Part shown: positions 28,787 to 42,015 of the stretch, piece after piece
How positions within the stretch are numbered: the first letter of the stretch is position 1
Layout: the number at the start of each line of letters is the position of its first letter
From: Octopus sinensis
Taxonomy: Eukaryota
Direction of reading: 5' to 3'
Assembly: GCF_006345805.1 (NCBI RefSeq)
Contig: NC_042999.1
Span: 138,818,001-138,882,000 of the forward strand
DNA length: 64,000 nucleotides
The notes under the pieces: generated by a model
The model's database searches: none
The model's input: only the letters and a program-made list of their open reading frames with translations
What the model was told of the DNA's origin: nothing
Position numbers and translations under genes: made by a program

Positions 28787-29331
28787 GCCAAGACTGATCC
28801 ACTGGGAGCTCTGTGGAAATCACGGTCCTCAAAGAGCAAAGACATGGTGTGAGCAAACTCCAGTAGGAGTCACCAAAAACGAGAATTGCAAAATCCTATG
28901 GCATGTAATGATTCAGTGCGATCACCCGACCAGACATCGGAAACCGGACATTGTTGTGGTGAATAAAAAAAAAAGAACATGCATGATAATCGACATAGCA
29001 TGCCCAGGTGACTACAAGATCAATGTGTAAGGAGAAGAAAAAATAAACAGCTATGACGATTTGAAGAGGGAAATACGAAGGCTGTGGTCAATGAAGAGAG
29101 TAGACGTGATATCAATAGTAATTGGTGCACTTGGAAGTATCAGCACTCAACTACCAACATGGCTGAAAAAGATTGGTGCACGTGTGAAGATAGAACACCT
29201 ACAAAAATCAGCATTGCTTGGAACTGCAAGAATTCTTCTCAACGTTTTTTAAGCATGACCAGTAAACAAGTGTCATCCCAGTTTTCTGGCTGTGGACGGC
29301 TGACACTTTCCATCATACCCATAATAATAAC

Positions 29332-29380
<49 letters not shown>

Positions 29381-29390
29381 GTAATAATAA
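28787..29390 (+). mobile_element. 3' fragment of an RLE-class non-LTR element (restriction-like endonuclease)
   Basis: IHWELC...KILWHVMIQCDH...RKPDIVVV...IIDIACP...LQKSALLGTARIL; bounded by (TAA)n on both sides. Confidence 0.85.
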
Positions 29391-30825
29391 TTTTATTTAT
29401 TTGCCACGAAGGGGAAGATTCAAGGGGACAATATTCGAAAATTTTAACAACGTACTAATAATCTTTTCCTTGTACAAATAATATTATCTTCGTTATTTTC
29501 TTTTGATGTGTATTTTTTCATTTACTGTAATATACAATTCAGTTTAATCCAAAAAATTTTGTGACATCCGGTTACGTAAATCATTACTATACCAGATATT
29601 GTTGAAATTAAGTTTAAATGCCTAATGGCCAAGGCTGAAAATAAAAGCACATACACACACACACACACACACACAAAACACAAGTGCAAGGGAAGTAATT
29701 CATAGCTCTCGCCTGTTTATCTGTGTATAAGGGGAACAACTGCAACTTATCTGAGGCGTCAAACGTTCTTTATATATAAAATAAAGGCAAAAGCATGAAA
29801 CGCACAGAAATATTTCTAGAAGGAAGTGCAGTTTATTCTAGGAAATAGTTAAAATGATGTTTAAAGAAGTTATAGTTTTAGATGAAAAAAAAAAAAAATG
29901 CTAAAAACAAGGGAATGGACTTCATTAGGAATTAAAGGAAAATTAAAACAGTAGTGCAGCAGTTACATGAGATACGTTTTATAAGAGTTTTAGTACTTTA
30001 CATAAAAAAAAAAAAAACTACTCGTACACTACGAATATCCTCACCCCACAAACAAAATGTAACATAAATTAAACAAAAGTGGGATCTCAAGACAAAGAAA
30101 TTATAATGAAAATGCTGGATTTGAAATTAAACTAATGGTTTCAAATTTTGGCACAAAGCCAGCAATTTTGGTGGGAGGGGTTAAGTCGATTACATCGACT
30201 TCAGTACTCGGCTGGTAGTTAATTCATCGATCTCGAAAAGATGAAAGGCAAAGTCGACCTCGGCAGAAATTGAACTCAGAACCTGAAGACCAAACAACTA
30301 ACAATAACACTAATAATCACGAACCTCGATAACAATGGCACTTAAAAAAAATTCAACTGAAATAAACTACCTGAATATATTTATGTAGTTATTTTAATAT
30401 CAATAAGTGAATAATAATATCAATAAGTGAATAATAATATAGCGTCGTCGGTGATAGGCTTACAACAGGCCAATCACTGGTCTACAACAATTCTAATGGA
30501 GAGAGCGACAAAGGAGTATCGAGATCTAGATGTAGAATAAATATTGGTTTAACATATTGGTCCAAGGCCAGTGATTTTGAGGGAGCGAGTAAGTCGATTA
30601 CATCAACTCCAGTGCTCAAGTGATACTTATTTTATCACCCCACTAAAAGATAAAAGGGCAAAGCCAATTTCGGCGAAATTTGAACACAGAATGTAAGGAC
30701 GGACGAAATGGTGCTAAGCATTTTGTCCGGCGTGTTAACGGTTCTACCAGCTCACTGGTTTCGTGACGACTTTTTTTCATTCCCGTAGATTTTCCCATTT
30801 TCGCAGACATATATCCTCGAGAGAC

Positions 30826-30862
<37 letters not shown>

Positions 30863-30876
30863 TTTCTGTGTGTGTG

Positions 30877-30907
<31 letters not shown>

Positions 30908-31414
30908 CGGAGCGAGAGAGAGAGAGAAAGACTGCGCACGCGTGTGCATGACCGCGAGCGTATGTGTATCAGTATTTATTCTCATGTAATATATATATCA
31001 AAACACATGCTCGTGTGTCATATAGCTAGCTAGGGGCGATGGCCTTTTGGAGCTAATCAACGGTAGCTTTAGTCTTATATTTATGGACTGCCATATTAGC
31101 TTGGCGATAACTGGTAATTTCCAGTACCGCTGCCGTAGTCTCCTTTAGAGGGACTTAGAAATTTTAATATTTCTATATATAAAAACAATTTCACATTAAA
31201 TTGAAGGATCACTTAATACTTTTCAGTAGAGTTCATATTTACTAATTTTTAAAAGGGGAAAAGAATGATTGCACGTGTCTTCGTAATTTGTTTGGGATTT
31301 AGGAAGTTTCAGCTTTCCCCGCTTCGACGCAGTAAAAATGTGATATGGACAGAAAATATTCAAATATGTTTTGTATTAAAAGCTCAGTTTATCATACATA
31401 CATACATACATACA

Positions 31415-31445
<31 letters not shown>

Positions 31446-31724
31446 TTTAAACAGCCAAAGGTGGAGGCTTTTAGCACAAATGTGTCTTGTAGAAGTATAA
31501 ACAATTTATTGCAGATAAATTTTAGCAATGAATTCTTATGTGGGCCCCTAAGGGCAATATAGACACCCAAGGGCCATACGGATCCCCAAAAGCCAAAAGG
31601 ACCCCGGTCAAGAACCACCGATCTATATGGCTGTATCAGACAGTCTCACACACACACGCAAGCGCGCGCACACGCACACACACACAGATACACACACGCA
31701 CACACACACACACACGCACACACG

Positions 31725-31767
<43 letters not shown>

Positions 31768-32262
31768 GTGTTGATTGTCGCTCATGCTTTTGGAAATGGC
31801 ATGGATTTCACAACATTCCTATCTTCTCCTCTATAAATATGAGACGTTGACTCAATGTAAAGATATAAAGCTCGTCTTGCACAATTTAATAGTAATAGTC
31901 TATTGGTTCCTTTCTATCGGTGGAAAATCTTCTGTATTTAGAGATGTATTAGCACAAGATTTTGTTAATACATCACAAGACAAAACAGATTGAGCTTATC
32001 TGATAGGAGTATTTACTTCACCGTCTGAATAGTGGCGAAATATAGCTTGCTTCTCTCGGTTTTGATAACCTTTGATCTTGTCTCTAATATCCAAATCAAC
32101 ACGTTCTTCATTGGTAAGTCACGTTGAGCGCTCGTACTAATCTTTCCAACGACTGCAGTAAAATTTAATCAATCTGTCCATCTATCTTTTTGTGTGTATG
32201 TATGTTGTTTTTAAGTATGTTTAGCTGGTTGTTTCAGCCTCACCTCTCATTTTGTCTGATGT

Positions 32263-32307
<45 letters not shown>

Positions 32308-33187
32308 TTGTTTGTTAGCATATAGCCGGCAAAACTGAGCAGCTCGCTGATTGGAGGGTGAGAGGACAAAGTGGGTTGAAACCGACTTTGAGTCAGAGTA
32401 AATAGAAGCGTTTGGTATTTGACATAGGAATAATTAAGAAGAGAGAATTCGAGCTAGATAATAAACATTTTGTTGCGCTCAGATTAGTTGTGGGGGAGAA
32501 TGGATTTCTCATAGTTGCAAATATCGCCTTTCAGAAAGAATGTAGCTAGGACAGGGAAAATGAGTTTAAGACAGAGACGGAAAGAAGAAATTTAGATGAG
32601 ATTTCTGTGTTAGGATGCTGTGGGATATGTATGTATGCAGATATGTATATATGTATATATGTATATATGCATATATGTACATATAAATACACACACACGC
32701 GAACGCCCACAATATGTACTTGTACGGTTCCTACCTGTATCTCATTCTATGTATCTATAGTTATTTGAGTCACTATCACATATACATAATGACTTTTTAT
32801 GAAAACATTTCTAGTCTAATTATGTGTCTAGATGCACTTACAAGCATATATGTTAATATATGCATAACAAAATATGTTGCAGAGAGGTATATTTTAACTT
32901 GGCGCTAAACGAAATTGCATTTGTTAAGGGAGATAACTACAAACGTATGAACTTTCTGTTTACTGCTGGTACGTTCCTCATGACGTCTTTCTTCAAGGAA
33001 GAGTTGCTTTCCCATTAAGTCCGAAGTGATAGAATGTAAATCTTTTCGCAAATCGTTAAGTATCCACAGGCCCAGTTTATATGATATACAAATGAGGATT
33101 AGCTTATCACAGGTACCTTTTCCCGAAAATTCACGGTCTTGATTATCATTTAAGGTGTCCGTTACTGTCACGCACGCACACACGCAC

Positions 33188-33254
<67 letters not shown>

Positions 33255-33718
33255 ACACACACACACACACACATACAGACAGACGGAGAAAACGCTAGAT
33301 TCAACCAAAACAGAGCGATCATTTAGCTACTGAAGAACATATAGATCTCAAAGAAATTTGACAGTAATGTCAAGTTAGTTTTCCTATATGAGGTTGAAAC
33401 ATGAGAATATATTTTAGTGATTATAATGAAACTAATGTAGATGTTCATCACCATCTGTCTAAGAAGAATTCTACAGACCTGATACCGCATCATTTAATAC
33501 CATCAGCAGTACTAACATTGACCACCACCACAACAATGACGTCTAACCTTTTATGTTATCACACGATTTGCTTGAAATAGCAGCCCCCCAAGAGAAACAA
33601 AGAACGTAAATGGACAATGTAGTCCCCGCTATACAAACAAGACTGGACAGTGATATCTGAAACATATTTGCACAACAGCAACAACAACAATAAAGTAATT
33701 AGCAAAAAAATTACGTAC

Positions 33719-34952
33719 CTTTTTCGGTGGCCTCCAATTAGGTGCCATCATTGGTGGTGGAGGTGGTGGAGGTGGTGGTGGTGGTGGAGGAGGTGGTGGT
33801 GGAGGTGGTGGTGGTGCTGCTACAGGAGGTGGTACTTGTGTTGGGGGTGGAGGTGGGAGTGGTGAAAGAATTGGACTGGTAGGAGACGGAGACCTCGGTT
33901 CGTGTACTGTAGCGACAGCTTTCGGTTGATATTCATAATACCCAGCTTCCGAAGGTTCGACATAGGAATTAGTGCGAACTGGTGACTGTAGTTCTCCACA
34001 CTGAATAATGGTGGGAGAAGCATATCCTCGGCTAAATCCATCTTCTGGATGAGCAGCAAACTTCGTGCGACTTATATCTGGGGAGTGAAGATCACTGTAG
34101 ATTTTTGGACTTTGTGAAGAACCGTATTCCGGTGTTTTAGCTGAACTAGTAATACTGACAGGTTTCGCCCAATACAGATTTTCTTCGGGTCGTTCCCTAG
34201 GTTGACATATACCAGCTGAGACAGGTTTCTGGAGAACTGGACTTTCGCTACCACCAAAATCTCTGCTAGGATCTCTGTAAGACGTTGGTGTAGTTGTAGC
34301 AAATGCTTGAGCATTGTAAACAGGACTAGTTACCGGTGATTGCTGGTGATTTGGATGACTGTCTGTAAAATAGGAAGCACTTTGCGCCGCCGAAGTTGGT
34401 GTGAAGGCACTCGACTGATACCCTATGTTAGGTTTCACTTCGGCGACACGATTGTTGTAAGTAGCATAATCGTTTGGTTGGACATAGTGAGGCGACATAG
34501 GAGAAGCAGGTGATGGTTTGTACTGTGAAGCAACAGAGTAAGGTTCGTTACGAACATCATTGTTCATGTAGTCTGTCGTTCTTTGGTTAACTGAATTCAT
34601 GTCGCTGTATTGAGGTCGGCTTTCAGTGTAAACATTAGGGCTGTGATGGTAGGATTCAGTCGGTTCTGTGTAGTACTGACGCGGCGTTGGGGTTACAGGT
34701 GAAATGTATCCGTAGCTGTTGGGTTGAGTTGAAGGATCACTAATTGAGCGAAAGCCAGAAGAATAATCGAAAGGAGATTGGTATTGGTTACTGACGTTAT
34801 TGTTGTACATCGACTGTTGTTGTTGTGGTGCAATGGAAGGTGACATAGTTTGCTGAGTTTGACGCGGAGGTGGATTCTTATATACCGGATAAACTGGAGC
34901 CTGGTCGTAACTCGGAGGACTGCTGACCGATGAAAACACCTCGGCACCTCCC
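33719..34952 (-). CDS. Large internal coding exon: Ser/Pro/Tyr-rich low-complexity region ending in a 21-Pro tract; probably the same gene as the PDZ exon
   Basis: Lies inside the 461-codon ORF 33629-35014, which is not microsatellite-derived. Acceptor ttttactttctctttgcaag|G (phase 2) and donor CCGAAAAAG|gtacgt (phase 0); length 1234 = 1 + 411x3. Joining to the PDZ exon gives ...LQLTIK-K-GGAEVFSS in frame. Contains PPSY (34907-34918) and P21 (33752-33814). Confidence 0.88.
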
Positions 34953-35172
34953 CTTGCAAAGAGAAAGTAAAACAGAATATAGTCAAAGCATAGATATTTT
35001 TCAGTAGATAACAAATTTAAGGTTTGGTATGTCGTAAATCACAACGAATCGAACTTTAATTCTTTGAATTTCTTCGAACAAATACATTGAGTTATTATTA
35101 GAATATGACTTCACAACTCTTTAGCCGATAAGTCGACATCTTTTCAACTCTATCATTGCAACTTATCAATGT

Positions 35173-35430
35173 AGTGGAGGCACATGGCCTAGTGGTTAGA
35201 GCAGCGGACTCGCGGTCGAGGGATCACGGGTTCGAATCTCAAACCAGGCGATGTGTGTGTTTATGAGCGAAACACCTAAGCTCCACACAGCTCCGGCAGA
35301 AGGTAATGGCGACTTCTGCTGACTTTTTCGCCACAACTTTCTCTCGCTCTTTCCTCCTGCATCTTGCAGCTCATCTGCGACGGCCCTTATGAGCCAGGCG
35401 TGGCTCGAGTAGGAACAAACAAACAGAACC
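35173..35430 (+). mobile_element. tRNA-derived SINE, family C
   Basis: TGGCCTAGTGGTTAG (A box) and GGGTTCGAATCTC (B box), followed by a non-tRNA body and an AAAC-repeat tail. Confidence 0.75.
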
Positions 35431-36016
35431 AACGTATCTATGTGATAAGAAATATTTGTTGTAGTTGTTTAACACCAGATCGAACCTTAATTTCCTGAAT
35501 TTCTGTACACAGGTACAGTGTGCCAATGTTGGAATAGAAATCAACAACTCTGTAGCCGATAAGTCGGTAACTTTTCAACTCTATGATTACAACTCTTCCA
35601 TGTGATGAGATAGATATGTGGAAGATCTATATCCTTTGCAGAGTTCCGAAACTGCTGCCGGAAAAAAGGAAGCCTACAACTCATACATTGCTATAAGAAA
35701 CAGTGCATCAAAATATGGAGTTTATAACAAGACTGGAGACCTAGAATTATCTGTTCCATCTTACAGCACATCATATAATACATTTTCGAATATTTCTAGT
35801 TCGAATCATGCCATTACAAATCAATTCTTGTGACTATCCTTAGGTACCTTGCCTAAACGCAAACCACACCTACCCAAAGACAAAAGAAATCAATAATTGC
35901 TGAATATATAGGCATACACAATAATATTTGAAGCAATGCATTTATTTAACCAAAACAGAGGTTATTTAATGAGAGAGATCTTAAATCTGAATTATCTGAA
36001 TGAATATGAAAACTGG

Positions 36017-36239
36017 TACTCTTTTACTCTTACTTGTTTCAGTCATTTGACTGCGGCCATGCTAGAGCACTGCCTTTAGTCGAGCAAATCGACCCCAGGA
36101 CTCATTCTTTGTAAGCCTAGTACTTATTCTATCGATCTCTTTTGCCGAAACGCTAAGTTACGGGGACGTAAACACACCAGCATCGGTTGTCAAGCGATGT
36201 TGTGGGGACAAACACAGACACACAAACATACGCACACAC

Positions 36240-36313
<74 letters not shown>

Positions 36314-36485
36314 TATATATATATACGACAGGCTTCTTTCAGTTTCCGTCTACCAAATCCACTGACAAGGCTTTGGTCGGCCCGAGGCTAGAGTAGAAGA
36401 CACTTGCCAAAGGTGCCACGCAGTGGGACTGAACCCGGAACCATGTGGTTGGTAAGCAAGCTACTTACGACGCAGCCACTCCTAC
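36017..36485 (-). mobile_element. tRNA-derived SINE, family A
   Basis: Collinear with 6678-7088 across head, internal microsatellite and tail. Confidence 0.87.
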
Positions 36486-36601
36486 GACTATGAATAACTA
36501 AATAAATTTAATGATGAACTTTTAAGATAGGGTTAACCTTTTGAAAAGGAAATGTCTGTTAGGATTCCATTCCTTATATTGTATTAAAAAATGTAGTGAA
36601 A

Positions 36602-36925
36602 ATATGTGGCTTAGTGGTTAGGGGTATTCACCCCACGATCATAGTAAGTTCGTGAGTTCGATTCTTGGAAGCGCGTTGTGTTCTTGAGCAAGGCACTTTA
36701 TTTCACGTTGCTCCAGTTCACTCACCTGGCAAAAATGAGTTGTACCTGTATCTTTAAGGGCCAGCCATGTCACTTTCTGTTTCACTCTGGATCTTTTTGA
36801 GAACTACGTAAAGAGTACGCGTGTCTGTGGAGTGCTCAGCCACTTGCACAATAATTTCACGAGCAGGCTGTTCCGTTGATCAGATCAACTAGAACGCCCA
36901 TCGTCGTAACCGACGGAGTGCCAGT
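36602..36925 (+). mobile_element. tRNA-derived SINE, family D
   Basis: TGGCTTAGTGGTTAG A box, GAGTTCGATTC B box, TCTTGAGCAAGGCACTT central motif. A related shorter copy lies at ~24185-24305. Confidence 0.72.
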
Positions 36926-37077
36926 TAAAATCTATCTTTGAAATATTCGTAATGATGACTGTAAACTTAATTGTTGACTGATAAGGTGACTTTAGCACAA
37001 AACAAACATTTTGAGAATTTTCTTGCAGTCAGCTTACACACGATTCTCATTGTACATTGGCATATACAGTAATTATA

Positions 37078-37295
37078 TATTTCTTTACTACCCACAAAGG
37101 GCTAAACAAGGACAGACACACGGATTAAGTCGATTACATCGACCCCAGTGCGTAACTGGTACTTATTTAATCGACCCCGAAAGGATGAAAGGGAAAGTCG
37201 ACCTCGGCGGAATTTAAACTCAGAACGTAGCGGCAGACGAAATACCGCAAAGCATTTCGCCGGGCGTGCTAACGATTCTGCCAGCTCGCCGCCCT
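37078..37295 (-). mobile_element. SINE family B monomer with 22-bp TSD
   Basis: Full head with A box and B box. ATTGGCATATAC(A/G)GTAATTATA at 37056-37077 and 37296-37317. Confidence 0.9.
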
Positions 37296-37717
37296 ATTGG
37301 CATATACGGTAATTATAGGAAACATAAGTATGACCAGACATGACTAGCAGATAATGGTGGAGGCGTTTAATAAAATCAGAACTCTTCATCTGTTCCCTTT
37401 TCACGAATTACACACACACACACACACACGCGCGCGCGAAAGAATTATTTAAGATATTCATAGTCATTATTCGAAAAATCTACAGCAGCCTTATAGCATT
37501 GTGTATCATCGCTATATATAATACTGACAACTTCCTCAGAGCTGCCTATAGAACAATTTTGGTTGGGGCGACTGACCACGAGGTGGGCAATAACGGTCAG
37601 ATATATACTGATGATTTTGATGATATCGATGGTAATTTTGATTACCATGACGACAACGATGACAATGATGGTGATGAGGATGGTGATGGTGGTAATGATT
37701 ACCGCAACAGTTTTAAA

Positions 37718-37949
37718 GGCGGCGAGGTGGCGGAAACGTTAGCACGCAGGGCGAAATGCTTAGTAGTATTTCGTCTGCCGCTACGTTCTGAGTTCAAATT
37801 TCGCCGAGGTCGACTTTACCTTTCATCCTTTCGGGGGTCGATTAAATAAGTACCAGTTACGCACTGGGGTCGATATAATCGACTTAATCCGTTTGTCTGT
37901 CCTTGTTTGTCCTCTCTGTGTTTAGCCCCTTGTGGGTAGTAAAGAAATA
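37718..37949 (+). mobile_element. SINE family B monomer
   Basis: GGCGGCGAGGTGGCGGAAACGTTAG head, GAGTTCAAATTTC B box, tail AGCCCCTTGTGGGTAGTAAAGAAATA. AGTTTTAA occurs on both flanks. Confidence 0.9.
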
Positions 37950-38149
37950 AGTTTTAATGACATCGGTGAAGATGTTGTTGTTGGGCCTGATCACAGGTAT
38001 TCCAGCCATCCATTTTCCCCTTTCAAGATTAGCGTGTCCAGAACTCAATTATCTATTGTACATTTTTCTGACAGAAGAAATGGATTTGAAACAGGTAGAT
38101 ACGCCTACTATTTCGAGCGGCCACATTTAAGACGATGATATCGACGATT

Positions 38150-38633
38150 CAGCAATGATAATGATGATAGTGATAGCAATTACATTGATTATCATCGCCA
38201 TCATCATCATCATCAACATCACCAACATCATCACCATCATCACCACCACCACCATCATCACCATCATCATCATCATCCCTATCACCACCACTTCCACCAT
38301 CATCATCACCACCACCACCATTACCATCATCATCATCATCATCGTCGTCATCATAATCATAATCATCATCACCATCATCATCATCAACACCAACGTCGTC
38401 GTCGTCGTCGTCGTCGTCATTATCAATGATAACACTTACGCTCCTACTTTGAAAAAGTGGTAGAAGCGAGGTGCCGGCTGCCTCACCAGATGTTACTGAC
38501 AGAAATAACTTCAGCCAAAGCTGTTTATCACATCTCACAGTTAAAGCTCGCAGCGCAGCGTTATCACTCGCTCGTCGGCCGTCCATCCGTTTTTATCATC
38601 TTACCTACCATTCACACCTTCCTGTTTGTACTC

Positions 38634-38674
<41 letters not shown>

Positions 38675-38961
38675 ACACCATCGTACCTGCGGTACAATTA
38701 TTACTGCTGTTGATACTACAGTAACTGATGCCACTGCATTTCAAATAACTACTACTACTACTACTACTACAACTACTACTACCACCACCACCACCACCAC
38801 CACCACTACTACTACCACCACCACCACCACCACCACCACCACCCACTACTACTACTACTACCACCACCACCACCACCACCACCACCACCACCACCACTAC
38901 TACTACCACCACCACCACCACCACCACCACCACTACTACTACTACTACTACCACCGCCACC

Positions 38962-39002
<41 letters not shown>

Positions 39003-39100
39003 CACCACCACCACCACCACTACTACTACTACACCACCACCACCACCACCACCACCACCACTACTACTACTACTACTACCACCGCCACCACCACCACCAC

Positions 39101-39132
<32 letters not shown>

Positions 39133-39181
39133 CACCACCACCACCACCACTACTACTACCACCACCACCACCACCACCACC

Positions 39182-39225
<44 letters not shown>
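38150..39225. repeat. Compound trinucleotide arrays (CAT/CAC/CGT)n at 38150-38430 and (CTA/CCA)n at 38748-39225
   Basis: Direct reading. Similar arrays lie at 10782-10960 and 63709-63901. Confidence 0.96.
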
Positions 39226-39227
<2 letters not shown>

Positions 39228-39299
39228 TCTTTTGCTTCTGTTTTGTTAGCGTTACTCCGTTCCTTCAAGCTATAACACACACAAACACACGCACGCACG

Positions 39300-39332
<33 letters not shown>

Positions 39333-39596
39333 CACACCACACCACACTGATTCTCACACTAATTTTGTTCAGCTTATTATCGTTCACTCTCACCTCCCTT
39401 TAACTCCCTAATTTCTCTGTCTAGAACATAAGCATTTTATAATGTGAAAAATGTTATTTCAAATAATATATATATTTACATCTATTTTATATACATACAT
39501 ACATATATACATATATACCGGCGCATATATATAGAATCAAAAAGGTGCACCGGGAGGTGCGACTCGTTGCCAAAAGGTTTGTTTATCTATCTGCCT

Positions 39597-39699
<103 letters not shown>

Positions 39700-42015
39700 C
39701 CTACCTGTCTATTCTCTGTTGTGTGTGTGAGCGTGCGCGCACACACACATAGTCTCCCCTAACTTAAAATATGTATCTAATTTTAAAGTATCTTTCCCTA
39801 CTTCATTCATTCTCTATTCTCAGGAAATGTGATCTAGGAAAACTCAAAACTTTTGCACCTATGCGTCATACGTATGCAACCAAAATACCTCGGGTACGCA
39901 TGCACTGATTCTGGGAATAGGGCATTCATTAGCCAACTAGCCCGTGGGCGTCTATGAGGTAGCTCGACCTGGTGAAAATAGCAGCCGAATTTCTCTCAAG
40001 ATATATTCTTATTTCTTTATTACCCACAAAGGGACTAAACATAGAGAGGACAAACAAGGACAGACAAAGAGATTACGTCGATTACATCGACCCCAGTGCG
40101 TAACTGGTACTTAATTTATCGACCCCGAAAGGATGAAAGGCAAAGTCGACCTCGGCGGAATTTGGACTCAGAACGTATCGGCAGACTAAAAACCGCTTAG
40201 CATTTCACCCGGCATGCTAACGATTCTGCCACCGTCTTAAAAACGTACAAGACATATAATGTAGACTTGGATGCGCAATACTCGAGAGAAGGACGGAAAG
40301 GTCGCAGCTGGAACGCTTTTGATCACTGGTCTGCCACAGGTAGTGATAACCCGAGGCAAAATAACCTTCAATGGTAACATGATAACTTAGTTTCCTTCAA
40401 TAGCAGAAAAACAATCGTTACATACATATACACCAAAAGGAAACCATTTAATATTGCACATGAACCAACACGCAAGTAAATAGACTTAACGACGCTACAG
40501 ACACAAGATTTCGCAAGCTTAGATGATTTCCCATGGCATCTTCACAGACAAGGTATTTTTCTTTAAGGCCAGAAAATAATCCAGCTCTGATCAGATGTTG
40601 ATTTTCGCATTCTTGTTGTTTAGCTCTCTTCTATCCCTAACCGTTTAGAACTATGGTCAAGGGGGTTTCAACTTTCACTATCCAAAGTGTTTGTATATTT
40701 GAGACTACATTAAAAATATATTACTAAGTTTTAAATAAAGAAGAAAAAGATGAAGGAAGGGCCACTTTATATTCAAGATCGCATTTTATTCCAGTAAATG
40801 TTGTACGTCATTTCAGTTAAGATAGCTTCTGTAAAAATTTCAAAATGACAAAAATTGTGACAAAAAAATCTTATTTTAATTAATGCAATTGTGATTTAAA
40901 TAGTTATCAAAATCCTCAGTATATAATTAGTACTTTATCTCCTACATAAAGTACATTAGATTGTACAATCCAATTGGAAGTTGGAAATCTATACAGTCAC
41001 TCCTTCATATCTTACACCAACTTATTGTATAATCAGCCTTTAGGTATACACAATATCTGCGTAAAAGACGAGATGGTCTTGGATGGAACGTCTTCTCAAA
41101 CTTGGGCTGATCTGGGACACAACAACAACAGTCTTAAATCGTACAGAGAAGGATTTCTTTAAAATAGCGCATTCCAAACAAACTACTCAAACAAAATATT
41201 CTTTAACATGAGAAAACGATCAGAAATACTATAAATAGTTTATAAATAACAGCTGACGCTGACGCTGATGATGAGTAGCTTTGGCCAGCCATATTCCGTA
41301 GGATGGAAGCGATAAATATAAACAAATGACGTGAAGTAAACTGCGAGAAAAATGCTACGATTTTTCTCTGATCTACAACTGTAGACGAAGACTGTTACAA
41401 CCGAAGCCAATAAGTTAGTAACATTGATAACTTATGACGCAGGAAGGGAACACCTAGTGTCTATTGTCGACAAATGAACCAGCGTATATCTGAATAACCG
41501 TGTGCGTAACTCTTATACAATACCCAGTTGAATTATAACTAGTAAATATATCTCTTTGGTAAATTTATCTCTCTCCGAACTCAAATGATTCCACCAGCTT
41601 ACTCGTGTCTGGTTTAGGCATAAAATCAGAAATTTTAGGAGAAGAGAGCTTGAAAACTTGAATCGTACTTTATTTTAACGACCCCAGACAGATGAAAGTT
41701 GAATCCCGTGAGAACGTAAAGAACCAGAAGAGATATCGTAAAGCATCTTTTCGGACGCTCTGAGGAGTTTGCCAGCACGCTATGTTTGATAATTGTTTCT
41801 AATTTTGAGGGGACGAGTTGAGTCGATGCCATCGATATCAGTACTTGACTAGTACCTTATTTTATGAAGCCCGGAGAGAAGAAAGACAGAATTGACCTCA
41901 GCGAAATTTGAACTCAAGATGAAAAATGTCGGAATTAGTATTGTAAAAGATTTTATCTACCGCTCTAGCGATTCCACCACTGATCGAATTATAATACTTT
42001 CTGCTATAGGTACAA

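Noticed and set aside
31990-32170. Possible small exons on either strand (plus donor G|GTAAGT at ~32113; minus acceptor ttttactgcag at ~32155)
   Set aside because: No frame gave a recognisable or phase-0-compatible stop-free peptide.
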